A DNA stretch of 64,000 bases, taken from contig CM060733.1 in NCBI GenBank assembly GCA_030704615.1, positions 9,920,001-9,984,000 of the forward strand. Direction: 5' to 3'. The notes under the pieces were generated by a model. It saw only the letters and a program-made list of their open reading frames with translations. It had not been told where the DNA came from and made no database searches. Positions 50,508 through 62,888 of this stretch are shown here, piece after piece. Each line of letters begins with the position of its first letter. Position 1 is the stretch's first letter. The stretch comes from Takakia lepidozioides. Its lineage: Eukaryota > Plantae > Bryophyta. Both the position numbers and the translations under genes were made by a program.

Positions 50508-53500
50508 ATGGCTTCCTCTGAAGCGGAGTTCTTCTCAGACGACAAACCAGTGCCGTTCTCCCAGGAAGTCCTTGACAATGGATTTGCAATTGTTCTGGAA
50601 CATGTCTTGGCTACCCGTTTTCAGCTGCAGAATGGCTCCATCTTTTTGGAGAAAGAGGTTTACGATCTGAAAGGGAAGTTGGTGAAATATTCTTTCCAAA
50701 ACCGTGATGAGACGGCTCATATCAGCCAGTGGAGAGTGCGTCCTGGTCGATACAGAGTACTTGGAGAGCCTCGGCGAAAGTCCCTTGGGTCATATGTGAC
50801 GCCCGGGACTGCTGCTTCGGTCGTTGAAGACAAGAGGGAGGTGGTGGTGAAAAAAGAACAGACTTCCTCCACTCCAATCGTTGAGCTTTCGGATTCTTCC
50901 GATGATGACATAAGTGAAATTCCAAATCCAGTCCTTCCTACTGTGGTTGCAGAAGCTGATGAAGAAGAGATTTGTAGTGTCATTCCAAAATTGCGGGCGA
51001 TGGGAGGAATGGCTGGATTCAAAAGCGAGTTGCGGGGAATTGATTGGGAATCTTTGAAGCAGGTGCCTGTGAAGTTCTTGCCGGAGACTTTTGATGGCGA
51101 TATCCTATTCGAGCTGCCTCCTCCTCCGCGAGTTGGAGGTGTAACAATCATGATGCATGGAATGGACAAGAAACACGACGGGCACCCGTGGTGCAGAACA
51201 AAAACATCCAATATTCAGAATGATGACAAGCTTGTTTTCAGGAGGACAGTTTGCAATGGACACCTTAGGTGTGATAATTTGAATTGCAGACACTTTCTTC
51301 AGTCTGGAGTTCATAATCAAAGCGAATGGGAGGGTCTGGCGGAGAATCCATTTCAGCCTGGGACTGCCCCTCCACCGGCAAACACTTTCGTCTGCAAATT
51401 CTGCAAACTTGTGCCATCCTGCTTGGCGCTCTGCGGAGCAAGAATGTACTATGTTGTCCACCGTTTGAATACAATGACGAGAGCTTGTGTGCATTTTGGA
51501 TTCCATAACCATCCTGTCTCGAAGGGGGATTACAGGGAGAGTGTTGAGACAGTATCGAGGTTGATCAAACAGGAGTTTGGGAGAAACCCATCCGCAACAA
51601 CATCTGCAATTGCTCTTGGCGCAAGCAAGTCCTTCTTGGAAAGCCATATTTTGAGTGAAGGAGATTCTGTGGGGACTAAACTTGACGGTGCAGCATTGGA
51701 CCTGGTCATGGATCATTTCTCCACTTTAAGTTCACCTAACATTCGGCATCAGATCAATGCATTGAGAATGGGCTCTGGGATCAGAGGCTACATAGACAAT
51801 ATTTTGGAATTGAAACGACTGAGCAAGTACGATTACATCCAGGACAATGTATTCCCAGGTCAAGGTGCCATCAAAGTTTTTCTTTTCAAAATGTCGACTG
51901 TTGGGGAGGGCAGTGGGGTTAGCCTCGTGAAGCGGATGCAGAAGACTGGGGACTTGCAAAACTGTTTTCTTATGTTTGATCATGTGAAACGAGTGAAGGA
52001 TTGGACGACAATGGCTTGTCATGTCTACGATCCAGTGTACCAACGAGTTATGACAATTGCAGTTTGTGACATGCAATCCGAGGATACGGAATCCCAGAAG
52101 CTCATGTGGAATTCCCTGATACGTGTCATGGGCTGCCATGGGCTGCCATCTCCAATTTCGCAGGTTTCATGGCGGATAGTGCTCAAGCAAATTTCAATGC
52201 TATTCGTATTGTCTTCGGATCGGGCGACCCAAAAGTGCCTATGCCAGGAAGAGAGCGTACATGTCTATTCCATTGGACACAATCTCTGGAAAAACATACA
52301 AAGTCGGACATCAAACCAGAGATGCAGACTCAGCACCGTAAATTGTGCAAAGAGTACAAAGATGCTAGAACAATGAAGGAGGCGGACACTTTGTTCCAGA
52401 CAATTCGTGCCTGGTGGTTCTCTTCTGGAGCTGCATCACTTGAGAGTATGAGAGCATTGGAAGATTGGCTGGCGTTTTGGCACTTCCGGTATAGACAGTG
52501 GGGAGCAGCCATGACAATGGTACGAGGTTCTATTTCATGCTTTATTCATACATTTGCTTTCCATATTTTTGACTCATTGCTTTCTTTATGTTGTTTCCTG
52601 TGCACTATTCTGAAGTGTGGTTATCCTCTTTGCAGAACATGTCCATTGAGGAAATGGCAGACATGCCATCTTGCAATTTGGCAGAAACTGTGCACAATGC
52701 ATGGTTGCAGCAGTCTGGGAAAGAGGTCGGATTTGTATGTGGCAACAACAGATGATTTGATACGTGCCTTGCAACAACAAACCCGATACCGTGATTGGGG
52801 TTGGTGGCAAGGGTCCGGACAAATCGGAGTTGATGTTGCGTGCTGCAAACAGATCTGGGGACCAATCAAGATAGCACGGGCGGTGAGCATGTATGCCCAG
52901 GGAACGCCACTTGTTTCTAGAGTTCCACATCTTGAAGGGGAGGAGAGATTCGGCTCCTGTAAGAGGAAATTGAACACTCCACCTGGTTCGGATTCAGATT
53001 CCCACAGGGCAGACCGTGATAACTTCTCGAAGCCTCGTGTTCCCCTGCATGACAGCTCCGTGTCCGGAACCTCCATTGTGGAGGAACCTCCAACACGACG
53101 GCAAGCTCCAGCATCAAACCGTGCCACTGAAATGGTGCAGGAGAGAAACAACCCCCTTGATGTGCTTGAGTCCGCATGCCCCGACCACGTTTGGCACATA
53201 GAACGCACAAGTGTCGGGTCTCGTGTGAAATGTACAGCGATCAGGGCAACTAATTTCGAGAAGTGCACTTCATCTATATCCAGAGGTGATGCCCGAACTC
53301 CTGCTCCGACTTTCACGGGCTTGATGCGTCCATACGGTCAACCAGAAGCCAAGAACCACAAGTTCTGGTTCTGCGCAGATGATTGTGCCAGATGTGTGCA
53401 TGGAACTGTGCGTCCTTCCGTAGTGATGAAGCCATCTCCTCCAACCGTTTGGCCCGTGAAGGTGGGAACACATCTCAGCTTTCAGGAGATTGAAATGCTG

Positions 53501-54007
53501 GAGGAGGCAGGTTTTTCCCTTGCGAGACAACCCCAACTCCATGCATGTGCTACTACTCCTGCGTCCTCCCGGGTCCCCCCGGCAAATCCTGACTTGTGGC
53601 CAACCAAACGAGATGGAAAGCTCGTTCGGCGTTTCCCTCCAACCGCTGAACACTTTGGCAAAGTGGAGTCCGCAAGAATGCTCCAAGCTCGTGTCGGAAG
53701 CACCACGGAAGTACCCGATCCAGGATATGGTCGGGTATTCACAATCATCACTTCCACATCTGCTGTTCATGACAGGACCTACGACATCACGGTTTCCAAT
53801 TTCCCCAATTGCACATGTCCTGATTTTGTGAATATGCTATCAACCAGTTTGGGCAAGAGAGGTAAATTCATACCCTGCAAACATTTGTATTTCATATTTT
53901 TGAGGAGGATGGTTTGCGATCCCAAACGTGACAACTTCATTCACCAGGCCACTATGAGTTTCAACGAGGTCGATACTCTTTTGCAGCGGGATACAACACA
54001 TGGGTAG
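50508..54007 (+). CDS. GCM-like zinc domain / MULE DDE / SWIM transposase with a few frameshifts
   Basis: DGHPWCRTKTSNI...CNGHLRC...HNHP (GCM/WRKY-like); FLMFDHVK, FMADSAQ, CLFH (CxxH), CNLAETVH; SWIM CTCPDF...PCKHL. Intron about 52520-52635; frameshifts near 52145 and 52720. Confidence 0.88.
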
Positions 54008-54657
54008 CATGAACTATGTAATGTGGTATGTGGATGACCATGATTTGAAATGTGTAATTCACATCAATTCGTCGGCTGTGCAATGATATGGCCTCCAACT
54101 ATACGGAGTGAGGTCTGAGTGACAACTTTTAGGTAGTGCACATTTGTCATTGCACCGTTCGAAGTCTACATGTCTTGCTGTCGCTATGCACTACAATCAT
54201 CTTTTGAAGATGATCATAACTCTCATTGTTATTTGAGGAGGGAGGAAGTCTTCTCGTGGCAGCCTTTATGGCGCACACTTTGTGAGGATATTTTGTCGTC
54301 TTCGTAATTGTAAAAGTGAAACAAACATTTGTAATTGCACAATGTTGGATGCTGCAATTGTAGGCCTCAACGCTCATCTTGATTCTATTTAGGCAAGATT
54401 CCCTGCATTAATTCCACGGTCATAGGACCATCCACGGTTATAGGCGGCGCATGTTAATGCTGACGTGGCAGTTGACGGACAGTGCCACGTCATCATTTAC
54501 CGCCACATCAGCATGCTGACATGACGCTCATGCCACGTCAGCATGTGTGCAGGCTCACGCCACGTCAGCTGGCGTGAGCGTACGCTCACGCCACGTCACT
54601 CCTGCGTGAGCGTACGCTCGCGCGCTCACGTGCAACGCTCACGCCATTGCGTCGTTG

Positions 54658-55337
54658 AGTGGGGGTTGTAAGCCAATTTGTGGCTAACCCTGGGCAACTC
54701 CATTGGGTTGCAGTAAAACGGATTTTTCCGTTATTTAAGAGGCACACTGGACTATGGTTTGTGCTTGAGAAAGAATAATGATAATGTTCAGTTGGATCAA
54801 GTGGGTTCATATGGTATCTCAGATAGTGCTTGCAAAAGCACAGAGCTATACGGCTATTGTAATGCAGATTGGGATGGTAATGTTGATGACCGCCACTCTA
54901 CATCTGGCTATGTTTTTATGCTAGCAAATGGAGCTGTAAGCTGGAGTAGTATGAAGCAATCTACAGTTGCTATGTCCTCGACTGAGGCAGAATATATGGC
55001 TGCATCTCAAGCTACAAGGCAAGTTTTATGATTATCATCATTTCTATCTAGTATTGGTCGTCCACAGAGGGATACCATGGTCATATATGATGACAACCAA
55101 GGGTGTATTGCTCTCTCAAAGAATCCAATGTTTCATGCTCGCACAAAGCATATTGAGATTCATCATCATTTTGTACGAGAGAAGACTGAAGCTGGAGTTG
55201 TCAAGCTTGTATATTGCAACACCAACAACATGGTTGCAGACATACTGACAAAAGCGCTTAGTGTTGAAAAGCTTGAACGCTTTCGAGGCTTAATGGGAGT
55301 AGTCAAGTGCTTAACTTGGTAACTCGTTGAGTGGGGG
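54658..55337 (+). mobile_element. pol: Copia RT end, RNase H and polypurine tract
   Basis: GYCNADWDG...STSGYVF...VSWSSMKQSTVAMSSTEAEY, DNQGCIALSKNPMFHARTKHIEI, ADILTKAL; PPT GAGTGGGGG at 55329-55337. Confidence 0.95.
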
Positions 55338-55703
55338 TGTTGGAAATCAACTCCTGACCAAGTTACTACTACTTAGAGTTACTGTGATGACAAGTCAGGC
55401 TTCCATAATAGCAATGCTGACAAGTCACAATTAACAATAAAGATAAGCCTCAGTTAGCTAAAAGATAGCTAAAGTTAGTTTCAATTATTAGTGACTCAAG
55501 TCATTGTACTAGAATAGCATGTGAGATAACTTAAGTAAAAGCATGGAGTTATGCTATAGTTATCTCAGTTATTTCTGGATTAGACTTTGAGTATAAATAG
55601 GGAGAGCTCCGAGTGGACATAGCTTGTTGTGGTCCTATGGTTGGGCGGAGAGTTCTCACTAATCAGTTCATCTTTTATCTCTATTCTCTGTCGAATTCCA
55701 ACA
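55338..55703 (+). mobile_element. Copia 3' LTR
   Basis: TGTTGG...CCAACA, follows the PPT, followed by TGGCA (55704-55708). Confidence 0.95.
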
Positions 55704-58033
55704 TGGCAAGCTCGGTATGGGGGTGAGACTAGGGATTTTTTCTTGGGGCTGGCTAATGTACAGGTGTCAACTGGTGGGAGTAGGGGTTTCTGGGGTTGAC
55801 ACGTGTGGGGCTTCTAGCATTGGGGTCTTTGATTTTCCGACAACCAGATTCCACGAGGAGGCGGCTTCCGGCCACCGCACAAGGCAGCCACCAATGGGGA
55901 CGTTGCTAGCCATGGATGGATGTAAAATGTTTGGATGGCGGGCCCAACCACTGCGCTCTGTTCGTTGCTCCATTTTTCCGTCAAGGAATTTTTGGCTCTC
56001 AACTGCCCCGCACTGCGTTGAACAAACCCTATCTTTATCTTTACAAGTTTTTTACTGAGGTGAAATAGAAATAAATGCACAGCGAGTGGGGCCCCTCATT
56101 TAGTTTTGGGCAGCTGCAAACTATGTTTATACCGTATATACAGACAGCGCTATTTATAACAAGTGTGTATTGCGAAGCAGCACGCCATTGGCAGCTCATG
56201 CAACATCGGGAAACTGGTTGAGCACGTTGCATGCGAGCCGGTGAAGACGAAGCCGTCTCTACGCATCTAGTACACTGCATCTCTTGCCCAAATACAAGCA
56301 GCTCAGCGCTGGGTGTTATGGTAGATGGAGTACATGCATTGGCCCCAAGCAGTCCTACAATCATCACAACATTGGGCTTAACACACTGGCGTGTCATCAC
56401 CACCGTATCGATAATGTGAAAAGGAAAAGATTAATATGGAACTTAGGAATATTGATTCAGATCTACTTCGGACAGGTTTAATTCAATGAGTGCTTCAAAT
56501 GACATGAAAGAAAATGTTCTCAAAAGTCACGCGTGCTTGAAGATTCCACTGCTATGACACATGGTGCCAGAACAGCTTCCCTGGACTGTTTTCTGTAGAC
56601 CTGCATCTTCAAACACTTAAATCGTAAGATGAATCATTCATGAATTCCTGAACAAGTAGCTTGTCATGTGCAAATCCCAGGGCATCCAGTCAGGTTACTT
56701 GTAGTTGATGAAACTACAGGTCTGGTTTTCATGGAGCAAATTATGCACGTCACATTTTGATTTGGGCACGGATTTGGACCTTTGTTATAAGTAGGAGATT
56801 GAAGATGTTCACCGAAGTAAACCATGATGTAAACTGTATTGTCTCTATCGAAGCTTGGAGGGTCCAATTGGTCAGGGAGCAACGAAAAGCAGAAACGCTT
56901 GGCAAGACAAAAGTAGGTACCACGTTGTCTGTCCCACCCTGCTATAGGTCCGAGGCTTGTGGGCACGCAGCCAGGTCGTTTTTATCACCGGAGTCTCGGT
57001 TTTCTCTCCATCTCCACGCTGCGGACACGCGTTGTAGGGATTTTTCATAGCTATATATACTGGGTGTTTCCTTATTGTTGTAGATCAGCTGTCTCCCATT
57101 TCCAGTTGCTCTCCCCCCAACTGTTGTACACACCCGTAGTTTGGTTTTCCCAGTCACAACTGGTTAATATTGCAGGCTCTTTGCACTGATCTTCTCCCGC
57201 ACAGTTCTGCCGTAGAGAATAAGTGTTGTCGTCTTCCTATGTTTCTGACAGACCGACAGGGTTGACAGGTTTTTTTCCCACGACTTTCTCTTCAGGCGCT
57301 AGACTGTCAAGCGGTCTCATCTTGACGCGGTCTCTCTTGAACAATCGTTCTAAGTTGAATCTGATTGCAGTGTGTCCCGCCAAACCTTCCATATCAGTTT
57401 TTGTCGTACAGGAGTTTCACAGACTGCTCGTTCTGTTCAACGATTGAGTACTAGGTAGCGAGAGCGGCCCCAGTTCTGTAGACTTAACAGGTACTGATCA
57501 CAGCTAGCCTGGGGTAGACCTTATTCATGAATTTGACCTTTAAATTGTCCAGACCTTTCTTTGCTGTTCCCTACTAGAAGTTGACACTTGTTTCTAACCA
57601 TTGAATCATTGATGTTAGGGATGGTCCGAGATATTCCACTCTCACAGCTTGCTCCCATATTTCCTCGCATCTGTTTGAGAGTTCATATCGTCGAATGAGC
57701 ACTGTAGCTCTAGTCAGGTAGAGAGGTCTAAGGTATGACTAATCTAGAGCTACGGCTCAGGGACCTTTCTGTTCACCTAAGGGGATTCCATGGCACGTCC
57801 GACGGTCTAACACCAAGGCCACCGTACGAGTTCTCTGAATTCCTCGAACCAAACATTAGACCTTATATCTCAATTAACGTACGAATGAGCGAGATTCTGA
57901 TATTGAACCTTCCAATTCTTCGATCGTGAGTCGCGTGTGTGTCCCACCACATTGTGAAAATTGAATTGACATTGTTGGAACTGCCAAATGATGTTCTACA
58001 GGCTGAGATGTAGTTGGAGGGCAAACACGAAGG

Positions 58034-59977
58034 ATGTCAATAGTGCAGCACGGTCGCCTACTCAAACTCTTCAGATTAGCAGTGACCCTGCTAATTGCTT
58101 TGGTGTGCTCCCAGCTTGCCGAGTGCACACATGGATCCAGTAATGTTAGCGAGGTTTCTCGGTGCCAAAACTTGGACCCGTCGCCACTGCTGCCGCAGTT
58201 TGTCGATCAGCTGCCCACACCGCAACGGATTTTTGTCGACAGTAAGCAGGTCACTCTGGGCGCTTATAAAATTACTCAGGTGATCCTCCGCACTGCACAT
58301 GACAAGTTTACAGTACTTAATAAATTCATATACCTGACAGTTTCGATGATATGGTCCGGGCGTGTGAAAGATCTATATTTTAGATCTAGATTATTAATTA
58401 ACTGACCGGTGTACTGTAACTGGTGATGTCAACTGTCTGTGATGAGCAGAAGCTGCACAGGGATCTGCCAGAGACAACGCTGTATGCATTTGGCAAGAGT
58501 GAGGAGACAGCGGCGTATCCAGGCCCAACTCTCATAGCAACAGCGGGAGTTGAAGCTCGTGTCCGGTGGGAAAATCACATCCACGATGACCATCACTTTC
58601 TCACTGTGGACACAAGCCTTATGTGGGCGAACCCAGGCAAACGCGGAGGGGTACCCCTTGTTGTACACCTCCATGGTGCTGAGGCAGAGAGTGCGTCTGA
58701 TGGTCATCCAGATGCATGGTATACTGCAGATGGTGAGTACGGACACTCATATACGACACAGAATTACACCTATGCTAACTCTCAGAGACCCGCTATGCTA
58801 TGGTATCATGACCACGCTATCGGAATGACACGGCTGCCGGCATGGCCGGACTCTACATCATAAGGCCAAAGGAAAAGCGTCCATCATGGATGCCCATGGG
58901 AAAATTCGAAGTTCCCCTTCTCTTGCAGGACAAACAGTTCTTCCAAAATGGTTCTATCAACTTCTCAAACATTGGAATGGCTCCCAAGGCCCATCCCAGC
59001 TGGTGCCCAGAGTACTTTGGAGATACCATCCTTGTCAATGGAAAAGTGTGGCCCTACATGTATGTCCAACCTCGCAAATATAGATTCCGCATTCTGAACG
59101 GGGCCAATGCGCGGTTCTTTGTGCTCTTGTGCTCTCACTGAGCGACCAACGAGTGTCCTTTCTGCAAATTGGTACAGATGGTGGCTTACTGCATCAACCA
59201 CAGGAACTACCAACGGTGACGATGGCTCCCGCTGAACGGATAGACGTCATCATCGATTTTTCCCTGGTTGCTGGCAGTGAAGTGGTCATGAACAATTCGG
59301 GTCCAGCCCCCTTTCCTCTAGGAGATCCTGCATTTAGCCCGCCGAGTACTAGGGCGGTGCTGAAATTCAAAGTAAAACAACATACAAGCAAAAATGATCG
59401 TAAAGATGTTGATGCTATACCCAAAACACTTACAGCGACAGCTCCGGTGATTAGCACGGAAAATGCAGTGGTCCGAATCCTACACATGCAAGAATGGGAC
59501 AACAAGAAGGGTAACCCAATATTGCTCCTCCTGTCAAACCGCTCTTGGATCGATCCAGTCACGGAGATGCCTGTCAAGGGGAGCACCGAGGTTTGGGAGT
59601 TCATCAACCTCACGCCGGACGCACACCCGATGCACATCCACCTTGTCCAGTTTCTTGTCGTAAACCAGCAGTCTTTCAGTTGGGACCGTTATTTCAGCAA
59701 TGCCTCATGTTCTTTCACGTTACCGTACCCAGATCCTAAAAGTTGTTACACAGAGGAACCGAGAAGCCCCACCCCGAATCAAATCGGATGGAAAGATACA
59801 GTGGTGACCCTGCCTGGCGTTGCCACGAGGTTAGTGATGCAATGGATTTCTCAAGAAGATGGACGAGATTTTCCATTTGATGCAACGGCGGGGCCTGGCT
59901 ATGTTTGGCATTGTCACCTCCTTGATCATGAAGACAATGATATGATGCGGCCCATTAGACTCATTACAGCTCCCTAA
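58034..59977 (+). pseudogene. LPR1: Multicopper oxidase, LPR1/LPR2 (CotA-like) family, two frameshifts
   Basis: Signal-peptide-like N-terminus; intron 58280-58449; copper motifs HLHG, WYHDH, HPMHIHL, HCHLLDHEDNDM; WCPEYFGD. Small deletion near 58835 and 8-bp duplication at 59119-59134. Confidence 0.9.
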
Positions 59978-61075
59978 GTAGCTCTCTAAGCAAGGTCTAT
60001 AGTACAGGGACAATCTAGTGCCAGTTACAGTTCCTGAAGTACATTGAAGGTGTACATCACTGCACCCACATATGATCAGTGTTTATAAACCCCTGATCCG
60101 AATGTGAAGCCTGCATGCATGTTCCTATAGTTGGAGTAAAGTTAAGTAGGTCCAATTGGGTTAACAGAAGAGTCACACCCTCCACTCAAGGGTCACCTCA
60201 ATGACATGAAAAGCCTTCGGGCTAACACAATTATGTCAATTTTATATCAAGCAAATATGCCAATATACTACTCAATATTCTTGCAAGTCCATGTTTCGTC
60301 CTATATGATCCACGTGAGATATGACTGAGTTTTCACACCTAAACGGGAGGTTTTGGCAGTAGGAAGCACACTACGAAGGTTCTGTTTCAATTCATAATTT
60401 GTACTAAAAGGTCTGTTGATCAGATCTTCACGTATCGTTATTTAGATTGACCAACTGACTAATGCAGTCTGTGATATGCCCAGTATTGTTGTGAAAGCTC
60501 AGAGAGATTTGAATGTAAGAAACGTCATTGACCATGTGCTTTGGCGAAGGTTATAGGTACCCATGAGGGCTTTCTGAGTGAATGAATGTGTGCAGCCCGT
60601 GTGCAGTCCCTTTGCTCGTATGTAGATACATATATATATGTGTTTCGAAATTGATGGCGCTGTAGCAATCTGCCGGTCAGAGTGTAGTTGGCATGTTGTT
60701 GGTTGCACGCAGCGTCGGCGCACCGCAGATCGACTTGCATCAACCCCTGAGAAGGAGAGCCATGCATCCAACACTGCGAGGAGCTTTCAGTTGACGTGAC
60801 ACTAGCCCAGTGAAAATCCAGGACCTGCATTGTGGATGCATGACAAGCGAAAGATCTGTGAATGTTGAGCTCGAGCAGTATTAATGCTTGATACATTGTG
60901 TTAGCCTGACCTTTGCCTTGAGGGCAGGGGTCGGGACACAAAAGGGGCTGCCCTTGAACATATCCTTTATCTCACTTGAACATATTTGAGACATACAACG
61001 CCGCCCTTCAGAATGTGACGAGTAGAATTGTAATGAAGACAGGGCCGCGCCTGCTCATGACTATGACCCACCTTG

Positions 61076-61550
61076 TTGGCTCTGTCCAGCAAGGGATAGA
61101 GGCATTGTGGAGACTTCTTGCCTAGGCGGAGAACAGAGAACTAGGCTTATCCATTAAGCCTAGAGAGAGATAGAGAGAGTCTAGTCATTAGAGGGTTGTT
61201 GGGACCTGCAAGGGATAGATGCATTGTGGAGAGATCTTTAGGGAGAGAACTCGGCTTATCCATTAAGCCTAGAGAGAGAGAGCCCCTAGTCTTTAGAGGG
61301 TTGATGGGACCCGCAAGGGACGGAGGCATTGTGGAGACTTCTTGCCTAGGCGGAGAATGGAGAACCCATTAAGCCTAGAGAGAGAGAGCCTAATCTTTAG
61401 AGGGTTGATGGGACCACAAGGGATAGAGGCATAGTGGATACATCTTTAGGGAGAGAACTAGGCTTATCCATTAAGCCTAGTCTATGGAGGGTTGATGGGA
61501 ATGAATCATGAAGCCCTAGAAAAAGTATAAAACAACAACCACAAAATCAC
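61076..61550 (+). repeat. Four tandem ~110-bp units of the repeat seen at 2392-2542
   Basis: CAAGGGATAGAGGCATTGTGGA...CCATTAAGCCTAG occurs four times, with GA microsatellite spacers. Confidence 0.85.
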
Positions 61551-62888
61551 CAAAGGACAGATCCTCTTGTGGCGGAGCAGCTTGTTTATGTCGAGTGAAC
61601 ACAATAACCCCCCATACATGCGGGGTCCAGTTAGGAACTTGTGGGGCTATTATCCGGATTATAACCTCCAGTTTTAAATGCTGGATATGGGTTCATAACC
61701 TGCTAAGTTCTTTTGGACCACTAGTTCCGCTTCACATCAAATCAAAAATAAAATAAAATAAACATAAAACCACCGGTTCTCAACTGGATCCGGTTATGTA
61801 TCCCATCTCTTCATATCTGGCGGTTCTTAACGGAGGCAAATATTCTATTTTTTGACCTCCGGCAAATCCACACATATATATATATCCGGGTTGGGATCCG
61901 CCGGGGGTTTGAGGCTGAATTACAAATATCCGGGGAACACTGGTTGAGACCAGTGTTGGACTGGTATCAAGTTTTTTACATACCAGACTGGTCCTGGTAC
62001 CAGACGCATCACAAAACTTTCATACCAGTCTGGTCTATATACTGGTGGTATATGACCCCTTGTACCTCACAGAAAATATGACCCATCAGTGAACTGGCAA
62101 GCAAACTTCCCATGCTGCAAATGAAGACCATATGTTTGTCCAACATGAAATTGATCCGTGTACTTCGTGTGCCCATCTTCTCCACCACAGATCTGGGGCA
62201 CATGACTTCACCCCTTTGGTCATTGGCTGGCCAAATCTCCTAAGATGTGAGCCGCCTAAGAACAGACTATCAACATTGTCTTTCCAAGGACTTCATTTGT
62301 AAAAGCATGCAGGCACAGGAACTGCATTGTTTAGTAGCATCATGTTGACTGCTTGCACCTAAGCAAACAACCTCTGGACTCACACTGGGTAGTTGTCCAA
62401 AGATGACATTAAATACGAGGTCAGACTTAAGTTCTACTCCTATTGTGACAGGACTCCACAGAATCAGAGCCTATGGCTTTTGATCCTTGGCTTTGTTTCA
62501 GAGTGACTCCTGTGAGCTTGACACAGTGCACAAAGTTGTGTTGTTGTTAGAGAGAACAAGGGTGGAGTTGTTCAGGCATGACCACACACACCAGTACACA
62601 TAAAGCTGGCACTGAACCCTTAGACTCATCACACAATGGGCTTTGTAAATTGACTCCAACACCCCTTGATTTCTTTCTAGAGGCAGCACCTCAGCTTTAT
62701 TGATTAAACCTGTTTGCCTCTACTAAGGAAGTTGACAAATGCAATACTAAGTATTATTGCCATCTGCAACTTTAGTGGCCAAGTAAAAAAAAATTGCGTT
62801 GTTCAGTCATCTGCTTCTTCAGCTGAAGAAAACATGAAGAAAAACACTACATGCTTCACACGCGACACTAGAGTGGATAACTTCCCTC

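Larger units (their letters stand above)
43332..54657. mobile_element. Structurally complete 11.3-kb Mutator-like DNA transposon with divergent ParB-MTase and transposase genes
   Basis: TSD AGTGGGGGTT at 43322-43331 and 54658-54667; removing the element restores Copia RPDIAQVVGVVSQFVANPG. Imperfect TIRs CAGGGATGCCTCGGCGTGAGC and CAACGACGCAATGGCGTGAGC. Confidence 0.93.

Noticed and set aside
60480-62700. Short ORFs as exons of a known gene
   Set aside because: No motif I can recognise; left unannotated.
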